Below are positions 58,020-64,000 of a stretch of DNA of 64,000 nucleotides, piece by piece. Made by a program: the position numbers and the translations under genes. Every line of letters starts with the position of its first letter. Position 1 is the stretch's first letter. This DNA comes from an uncultured Ruminococcus sp. GTDB taxonomy: Bacteria > Bacillota > Clostridia > Oscillospirales > Acutalibacteraceae. Where the stretch lies: positions 6,982 to 70,981 of the forward strand of contig CACYPH010000004.1 in NCBI GenBank assembly GCA_902776185.1, read 5' to 3'. The notes under the pieces were generated by a model. It was not told where the DNA came from and ran no database searches. It worked only from the letters and a program-made list of their open reading frames with translations.

Positions 58020-58619
58020 ATGAAAGAATTCGTTATCGCAACTAACAACAAAAAGAAATTATCCGAAATACAGCGCATCCTCGCGCCGCTCGGCATCGAA
58101 CCCGTGACCGCCGCCGATAAGGGCATCGACCTCGGCGACGTCGAAGAAAACGGCTCGACCTTTTCCGAGAACGCTTATATCAAAGCAAAGGCGGCATATG
58201 ATAAATGCGGACTGCCGGTGATCGCCGACGATTCCGGCTTATGTGTCGATGCGTTAGGCGGCAGACCCGGCATCTACTCCGCGCGCTACGGCGGTCATGA
58301 TTCACCCTATACCGTCAAGATTGGGATGCTGCTCGATGAGCTCAAAGATGTTCCCGCGCCCGATCGCACCGCCCACTTTTCCTGCGCCGTCTGCTGTATC
58401 CTGACGAGCGGCGAGGTCATCGCGGTAGAGGGCAGATGTAACGGCGAGATCGCCTCAGCACCGTCGGGTGACGGCGGCTTTGGCTACGACCCTGTCTTTA
58501 CCGTGAACGGCAAGAGCTTCGCGAGTTTATCGAGCGAAGAAAAGGATCGCCTGAGTCACCGCGGCAACGCTTTGAGGATGCTTTACGACGAACTCCATTC
58601 CCGCAAGGAGGATTTATAA
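58020..58619 (+). CDS. rdgB: Non-canonical purine NTP pyrophosphatase (RdgB/HAM1)
   Basis: ATNNKKK, ADDSGL, PGIYSAR, GFGYDP, SHR. Confidence 0.92.
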   Translation: MKEFVIATNNKKKLSEIQRILAPLGIEPVTAADKGIDLGDVEENGSTFSENAYIKAKAAYDKCGLPVIADDSGLCVDALGGRPGIYSARYGGHDSPYTVKIGMLLDELKDVPAPDRTAHFSCAVCCILTSGEVIAVEGRCNGEIASAPSGDGGFGYDPVFTVNGKSFASLSSEEKDRLSHRGNALRMLYDELHSRKEDL

Positions 58620-58912
58620 TGCTGACAAGTAAACAGCGCGCCCAACTGCGCGCATTAGCCAATCCGATCGATACCGTGCTCATGGTCGGCAAATCCGGCT
58701 TTTCCGAGCAGCTCTATAAAACCGCAGACGAAGCGATCACCGCCCGCGAGCTGATCAAGGGTAAGGTGCTCGAAGCCTGCGAATATACCTCACGTGAGGC
58801 GGCGGACACCATTGCCGAAGCCATCGGCGCAGACGTTGTCCAGGTCATCGGCTCCAAATTCGTCCTCTATCGCCGCAACAAAAAAGACCCGAAGATCAAG
58901 CTGGTCAAATGA
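58619..58912 (+). CDS. yhbY: YhbY family RNA-binding (CRM) protein
   Basis: LTSKQRAQLR...VGK.G...ELIKGKV...QVIG..FVLYR. Confidence 0.92.
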   Translation: MLTSKQRAQLRALANPIDTVLMVGKSGFSEQLYKTADEAITARELIKGKVLEACEYTSREAADTIAEAIGADVVQVIGSKFVLYRRNKKDPKIKLVK

Positions 58913-59499
58913 GACACGCGATATTCGGCGGATCATTCAACCCCATCCACAACGACCACGTCAAGCTGGCTTTGCAGTTTGCAGAAGAATTTGACCTTGA
59001 TCGGGTCACGCTGATCCCGACCTATACGACCCCGCTCAAGGATAATTCCGCGATCGTCGACGGCAGTCATCGCTATCAGATGTGCCGCCTTGCAACAGAA
59101 GATTATCCGCAGCTTGAGGTCAGCGATATCGAGCTGACCCGCGGCGGTATGAGTTATACATCGGATACGATCGCGTCTTTAATGGACGGCGGCGACGAAT
59201 TGTTTTTAATCGTCGGCGCGGATATGTATGTGACGCTCGACAAATGGCACGAGTTCCGCTTTATCTTCGAGAACGCGACCGTCCTTGTCGCACCGCGGGA
59301 TGAATTGGATTATCATTCTTTAAAAGAAAAATATGAAGAGTATAAGACCTATGACTGTCGTACCCTGATCTCCCGCGAATATGTCGGGCCGTTATCCTCC
59401 ACCGCTGTCCGTACTGCGGTCAAAGCGGGCGAGGATATCAGCGGTATGGTCGACGAAAAGGTCGCGCGATATATTGCAAAAAATCATCTCTACAGGTGA
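58909..59499 (+). CDS. nadD: Nicotinate-nucleotide adenylyltransferase
   Basis: IFGGSFNPIH, SYT.DT, IVGAD, SST.VR; in yhbY-nadD-yqeK-rsfS synteny. Confidence 0.9.
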   Translation: MRHAIFGGSFNPIHNDHVKLALQFAEEFDLDRVTLIPTYTTPLKDNSAIVDGSHRYQMCRLATEDYPQLEVSDIELTRGGMSYTSDTIASLMDGGDELFLIVGADMYVTLDKWHEFRFIFENATVLVAPRDELDYHSLKEKYEEYKTYDCRTLISREYVGPLSSTAVRTAVKAGEDISGMVDEKVARYIAKNHLYR

Positions 59500-59502
59500 C
59501 AT

Positions 59503-60063
59503 ATGAACTTTGAATATTACGAAAAAGAGCTTGATACGCTCTCCGAATACCGGCGCATCCATTCGCTGAATGTCGCGAAAGAAGCGGTCCGCCTCGCCGA
59601 AAAATACGGCGCTGATCCCGAGAAAGCCCGCCTTGCCGGACTGCTTCACGATATCACCAAGGAAACGCCGGACGATTTACAGTTGAAAATTATCGAAAAC
59701 GGTGGTATAATTCTCACCGACGTCGAACGGCGCTCGCCGAAATTGTGGCATTCGATCTCCGGAGCAGTGACCGTCCGTGACAAATACGGGATCGATGATC
59801 AGAATATTTTCAACGCGATCCTGTATCATACCACCGCCCGTGCGGGAATGAGCAGGCTTGAGAAATGTATCTTCCTAGCCGATTTCACCTCCGCCGAGCG
59901 AAACTATCCCGATATCGACGTCATCCGCAAATTCGCCGAGGTGTCGCTCGAGGACGGGATGCTCTACGGACTGAAATTTACGATCTCTCGTTTATCGGGC
60001 AGGGGAAACCTGATCTCTCCGAACGCCCTTGACGCATATAACGAGATCCTGTTACAAAAGTAA
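59503..60063 (+). CDS. yqeK: YqeK HD-domain Ap4A hydrolase
   Basis: RRIHSLNV, LLHDITK, WHS, YHTT, FLADF. Confidence 0.9.
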   Translation: MNFEYYEKELDTLSEYRRIHSLNVAKEAVRLAEKYGADPEKARLAGLLHDITKETPDDLQLKIIENGGIILTDVERRSPKLWHSISGAVTVRDKYGIDDQNIFNAILYHTTARAGMSRLEKCIFLADFTSAERNYPDIDVIRKFAEVSLEDGMLYGLKFTISRLSGRGNLISPNALDAYNEILLQK

Positions 60064-60065
60064 TC

Positions 60066-60113
60066 GGCTCCCTTTGGTAAAGGGAGCTCCCGCCAGAGGC
60101 GGGTGAGGAATTG
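60066..60113 (+). repeat. REP-like repeat, family A
   Basis: ggctccctttggtaaagggagctcccgccagaggcgggtgaggaattg. Confidence 0.85.
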
Positions 60114-60196
60114 CAGTAACAGGTGCGGGCAGAGCTCGCCATTATCTATTTATTAATCAACAATCATCTATCATTAATCATCATTAAGAGGTATTT

Positions 60197-60553
60197 ATGA
60201 ATTCATTACAAGAAGCAAAAGAAATCGCAAAGGTACTCGATTCCCGCAAGGGTCTGGACGTCAAGGTCATCAAGATCGGCGATATCTCCATCCTCGCCGA
60301 CTATATGGTTATCGCGACCGGCAATTCGTCTACCCATGTCAAGTCGCTCGCCGACTATGTCGAGTACGAGATGGACAAGCTCGGCGTGTCCGTCAGCCAT
60401 ATCGAGGGACACCGCTCCGACACATGGATCCTGCTCGATTATATTGACGTCATTGTCCACGTGTTCTCTGAGGAGAGCCGCCAGTATTACGATCTCGACC
60501 GCCTGTGGGAGGACGGAGAAGAGATTGATATTTCCGACGTCGTTACCGACTGA
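60197..60553 (+). CDS. rsfS: Ribosome silencing factor RsfS
   Basis: ADYMVIATGNS..HVKSL...WILLDY.DVIVHVF...YYDLDRLW. Confidence 0.95.
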   Translation: MNSLQEAKEIAKVLDSRKGLDVKVIKIGDISILADYMVIATGNSSTHVKSLADYVEYEMDKLGVSVSHIEGHRSDTWILLDYIDVIVHVFSEESRQYYDLDRLWEDGEEIDISDVVTD

Positions 60554-60558
60554 CTTAA

Positions 60559-60604
60559 GCCTTCCCCTCGGGGGGAAGGTGTCACCGAATGGTGACGGAT
60601 GAGG
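60559..60604 (+). repeat. REP-like repeat, family B
   Basis: gccttcccctcggggggaaggtgtcaccgaatggtgacggatgagg. Confidence 0.8.
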
Positions 60605-60671
60605 GGCGCGCCTTTCTGATATCGCGCCGAACTCTGTTTTGGATGTACATTACCCGTTTGGAGGAAAAGAT

Positions 60672-63083
60672 ATGAAGTACAATCACAAGGCTGTAGAGCC
60701 AAAATGGCAAAAAATCTGGGAGGATAAAGGCGTATTCCATGCTGAGAATAATTCTGATAAAGAAAAATTCTTTGCGCTGATCGAATTCCCTTATCCGTCG
60801 GGACAGGGACTTCACGTCGGTCATCCGCGCCCCTACACTGCGCTCGATACCGTTTCGCGTAAGCGCCGTTTGCAGGGCTACAACGTCCTGTATCCCATCG
60901 GCTGGGACGCGTTCGGCCTGCCGACTGAGAACTACGCGATCAAGAACCATATCCATCCCGAGATCGTGACCCAAAATAACGTTGCGCGCTTCAAAAAGCA
61001 GATCCAATCTCTCGGCATCTCCTTTGATTGGAGCCGCGAGATCAACACCACCGATCCCGACTACTACAAGTGGACGCAGTGGATCTTCCTCCAGCTGTTC
61101 AAGCATAACTTAGCTTATAAGAAAGAGATGTCCGTCAACTGGTGTACCTCCTGCAAGTGCGTATTGGCGAATGAAGAAGTCGTCAACGGCGTTTGCGAGC
61201 GCTGCGGCAGCGAGGTTGTCCGCCGCGTCAAGAGCCAGTGGATGCTCAAGATCACCGAGTATGCCGATCGCCTGATCGACGATCTCAATCTTGTCGATTA
61301 TCCCGAGCGCGTCAAGCTTCAGCAGAAGAACTGGATCGGCAGAAGCTACGGCGCAGAGGTTGAGTTCGACACCACCGCCGGCGATAAGCTCAAGATCTAT
61401 ACCACCCGTCCCGATACGCTCTACGGCGCGACCTATATGGTCGTATCGCCCGAGCATCCCTATATCGAGAAGTGGGCGGACAAGCTCAACAATATCGACG
61501 AAATCCGTGCGTATCAGACCGCGTCTGCGAAGAAGAGCGATTTTGAGCGCACCGAGATGAATAAAGACAAGACCGGCGTGCGTCTCGACGGCGTCACCGC
61601 GATCAATCCTTTGACGAATACCGAGATCCCGATCTTCATTTCCGACTATGTCCTGATCTCCTACGGTACCGGCGCGATCATGGCGGTTCCCGCTCACGAT
61701 ACCCGCGACTGGGAATTTGCAAAGAAGTTCGATCTGCCGATCATCGAGGTCGTCAAGGGCGGCAACGTTCAGGAAGAAGCCTTCACCGATTGTGCGACCG
61801 GTATCATGGTCAATTCCGGCATCCTCGACGGCCTGTCGGTCGACGAAGCAAAGGTCAAGATCATCGATTACCTGACCGAGAAGGGCATCGGTCATAAGAA
61901 GGTCAATTTCAAGCTGCGCGACTGGGTGTTCTCCCGCCAGCGTTATTGGGGCGAGCCGATCCCGATCGTTCACTGCGACGACTGTGGCTATGTTCCGATC
62001 CCCGAGTCTGAGCTTCCCTTAAAGCTCCCGATGGTCGAGAGCTACGAGCCGACCGATACCGGCGAGTCGCCGCTTGCCAATATGACCGACTGGGTTGAGA
62101 CCACCTGTCCGCACTGCGGCAAAAAGGCCTACCGCGAGACCGATACCATGCCCCAGTGGGCCGGTTCCTCGTGGTACTATCTGCGTTACATGGATCCCCA
62201 TAATCCCGACGCGATCGCGTCCGAGGATGCGTTCAAATACTGGAACTGTGTCGACTGGTACAACGGCGGTATGGAGCATACTACCCTCCACTTACTGTAC
62301 AGCCGTTTCTGGCACAAGTTCCTCTACGATATCGGCGTTGTTCCGACCAAGGAGCCGTATGCAAAGCGTACCTCTCACGGTATGATCCTCGGCGCAAACG
62401 GCGAGAAGATGTCGAAATCCCGCGGCAACGTCGTCAATCCCGACGATATCGTTAATGAGTACGGCGCGGACACCCTGCGCCTGTATGAGATGTTCATCGG
62501 CGACTTTGAGAAAGCCGCTCCGTGGAGCACCAACTCCGTCCGCGGCTGCCGCAAGTTCATCGAGCGCTTCTGGAACCTGCAGGAGATGATGACCGGCGAG
62601 GACTTCATCCGTCCCGAGGTCGAAAAAGAATTCCACAAGACCATCAAAAAGGTCGGTTACGATATCGAGAACATCAAGTTCAATACCGCGATCGCCGCGC
62701 TGATGGCGCTGATCAATACGATATACGCGACCGGCAAGATCACCAAGAAAGAGCTCAGCATCTTTGCGATCCTGCTCAACCCGTTCGCTCCTCATGTGAC
62801 CGAAGAGGTCTGGGAAGCCTGCAAACTGGGTAACGGTATCCTCGCTGAGGCACAGTGGCCGGAGTATGACGAGTCCAAGTGTGTCGACGATACCATCGAG
62901 ATCGTCGCACAGGTCAACGGCAGGATCAAGGCGAAGCTCAATATTGCCGCCGACGCCGCTCAGGATGACGTTCTTGCACTGGCAAAAGCCGAACCCAAGG
63001 TTCAGGAAGCGATCAGCGGCATGAACATCATAAAGGAAATCTATGTCCGCGGCAAGCTGGTCAACATCGTCGTCAAGCCCTAA
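60672..63083 (+). CDS. leuS: Leucine--tRNA ligase
   Basis: [25 protein letters not shown]. Confidence 0.97.
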   Translation: MKYNHKAVEPKWQKIWEDKGVFHAENNSDKEKFFALIEFPYPSGQGLHVGHPRPYTALDTVSRKRRLQGYNVLYPIGWDAFGLPTENYAIKNHIHPEIVTQNNVARFKKQIQSLGISFDWSREINTTDPDYYKWTQWIFLQLFKHNLAYKKEMSVNWCTSCKCVLANEEVVNGVCERCGSEVVRRVKSQWMLKITEYADRLIDDLNLVDYPERVKLQQKNWIGRSYGAEVEFDTTAGDKLKIYTTRPDTLYGATYMVVSPEHPYIEKWADKLNNIDEIRAYQTASAKKSDFERTEMNKDKTGVRLDGVTAINPLTNTEIPIFISDYVLISYGTGAIMAVPAHDTRDWEFAKKFDLPIIEVVKGGNVQEEAFTDCATGIMVNSGILDGLSVDEAKVKIIDYLTEKGIGHKKVNFKLRDWVFSRQRYWGEPIPIVHCDDCGYVPIPESELPLKLPMVESYEPTDTGESPLANMTDWVETTCPHCGKKAYRETDTMPQWAGSSWYYLRYMDPHNPDAIASEDAFKYWNCVDWYNGGMEHTTLHLLYSRFWHKFLYDIGVVPTKEPYAKRTSHGMILGANGEKMSKSRGNVVNPDDIVNEYGADTLRLYEMFIGDFEKAAPWSTNSVRGCRKFIERFWNLQEMMTGEDFIRPEVEKEFHKTIKKVGYDIENIKFNTAIAALMALINTIYATGKITKKELSIFAILLNPFAPHVTEEVWEACKLGNGILAEAQWPEYDESKCVDDTIEIVAQVNGRIKAKLNIAADAAQDDVLALAKAEPKVQEAISGMNIIKEIYVRGKLVNIVVKP

Positions 63084-63086
63084 TTT

Positions 63087-63135
63087 GGCTCCCTTTGGTA
63101 AAGGGAGCTGTCGCCTAACGGCGACTGAGGAATTG
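63087..63135 (+). repeat. REP-like repeat, family A
   Basis: ggctccctttggtaaagggagctgtcgcctaacggcgactgaggaattg. Confidence 0.85.
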
Positions 63136-63232
63136 TATGATTGTTCGAGCTAAGCGAGTAACTATGTTATTCACTCAACGTAGAAATTTTCCGCTCATTC
63201 TTAGCAAAATTCTACAAATTCCATGTTGGTAC

Positions 63233-63261
63233 TTGACACTTTGGGGACATTATTGTATAAT
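63233..63261 (+). promoter_or_regulatory. Consensus sigma-A promoter for rpsU
   Basis: TTGACA-N17-TATAAT. Confidence 0.8.
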
Positions 63262-63315
63262 CAATGTTGCATTATGCGAATTACCCCTGCCTTTTGGCGG
63301 ATGGGAGGGAAATAA

Positions 63316-63492
63316 ATGTCAGAAGTAAGGCTCAAAGAAAACGAATCTTTGGAGAGCGCACTTCGCCGCTTTAAAAAGCAGTGTGCGCGCGCCGGCGTTA
63401 TCGCTGAGGTTCGTAAGAGAGAGGCTTACGAGAAGCCTTCTGTAAAGCGTAAGAAGAAGTCCGAGGCTGCTCGCAAGCGTAAGTACAGATAA
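63316..63492 (+). CDS. rpsU: 30S ribosomal protein S21 (absent from the ORF track, 58 aa)
   Basis: Translated by hand: [58 protein letters not shown]; GGGAGG RBS. Confidence 0.97.
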   Translation: MSEVRLKENESLESALRRFKKQCARAGVIAEVRKREAYEKPSVKRKKKSEAARKRKYR

Positions 63493-63509
63493 GTACAATA
63501 TCAAAGAAG

Positions 63510-63542
63510 AAACGGACAGATCATCTGTCCGTTTTTTGTTTT
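63510..63542 (+). terminator. Terminator after rpsU
   Basis: aaacggacagat-c-atctgtccgttt followed by a T-tract. Confidence 0.75.
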
Positions 63543-63545
63543 CAA

Positions 63546-63590
63546 GCCTTCCCCTCGGGGGGAAGGTGTCACCGTAGGTGACGGATGAGG
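63546..63590 (+). repeat. REP-like repeat, family B
   Basis: gccttcccctcggggggaaggtgtcaccgtaggtgacggatgagg. Confidence 0.8.
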
Positions 63591-63661
63591 TGTCGATATA
63601 TATGTTCCCTAAGAGAAAATATGTACGATAAATTGATTTTTTACATTTTTCGAGGTGTCCT

Positions 63662-64000
63662 ATGACTGCTATTCAAAAACTCCAAGATTTTCTCCCCGAT
63701 CATACCACCGCCGCGCTGATCACCTCTGAGGTCAACGCGCGATATTTCACCGGCTTCAACTATACCGACGGCGCGGTGCTGATCACAAAGGATACTGCGT
63801 ATCTATTGTGTGATTTTCGGTATATCGAAGCCGCTGAAAAGTCAGCCCGCGAAGATGTCACTGTCGTGCAATTCCGCAGACTGTATGAGGCGATCAATGA
63901 AATTATTCTCCAAAAGAATATTAAATCACTGATGATCGAGGAAGAGTCCGTCACGATCGCAACGCTGTCGTCAATGAGGTCGAATCTCAGCGCCGAGCTG
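63662..64000 (+). CDS. Aminopeptidase P / Xaa-Pro peptidase family, 3' truncated by window edge
   Basis: Translated by hand: MTAIQKLQDFL...LITSEVNARYFTGF...DGAVLIT...DFRYIEAA (creatinase/prolidase N-domain); GAGGTG RBS. Confidence 0.8.
   Translation, partial: MTAIQKLQDFLPDHTTAALITSEVNARYFTGFNYTDGAVLITKDTAYLLCDFRYIEAAEKSAREDVTVVQFRRLYEAINEIILQKNIKSLMIEEESVTIATLSSMRSNLSAEL

Noticed and set aside
60554-60671. T-box leader upstream of leuS
   Set aside because: The region is too short, is occupied by a family B repeat, and has no T-box consensus or terminator.
28356-62795. Long antisense/alternative-frame ORFs (e.g. 28356-29462, 38123-39394, 54320-55264, 61110-61973)
   Set aside because: They are shadows of GC3-rich genes on the opposite strand, with no motifs or RBS.
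8467-63135. Recurrent palindromic ~48-bp repeats as a CRISPR array
   Set aside because: The copies are dispersed singly over 55 kb, there is no regular repeat-spacer array, and no cas genes are present.

Overview
This is chromosomal DNA from a spore-forming clostridial Firmicute, most likely Ruminococcus/Oscillospiraceae-like (inferred from gene content and codon style). About 22.4-64 kb is mostly housekeeping and sporulation genes: radC, uvrB, a topo IV-like type IIA topoisomerase pair, secG, spo0A, spoIVB, cca, rnpB, murD, infC-rpmI-rplT, dprA-topA-trmFO-plsX-rnc-smc-ftsY, nadD-yqeK-rsfS, leuS and rpsU. The standout is an ~18.4 kb co-oriented accessory locus (3799-22205) next to tRNA-Ser. 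It encodes seven secreted proteins with SipW-type 'A/S-W-F-T' signal peptides (one degenerate) and, in most, a shared WxEGxDxxC-containing domain; three carry starch-binding-like, InlB-repeat or Ig modules. It also encodes four SipW-type signal peptidases and a membrane-anchored McrB-like AAA+ NTPase paired with a DUF2357/McrC-like protein whose nuclease seems to be replaced by a long coiled coil. This may be an undescribed SipW-processed adhesive fibre system with a repurposed McrBC-like motor. The window also has an IVS-like four-helix-bundle cassette enclosed by heptamer inverted repeats, and two families of REP-like two-hairpin repeats with compensatory base changes. All family assignments come from motif recognition by eye; no database searches were run.
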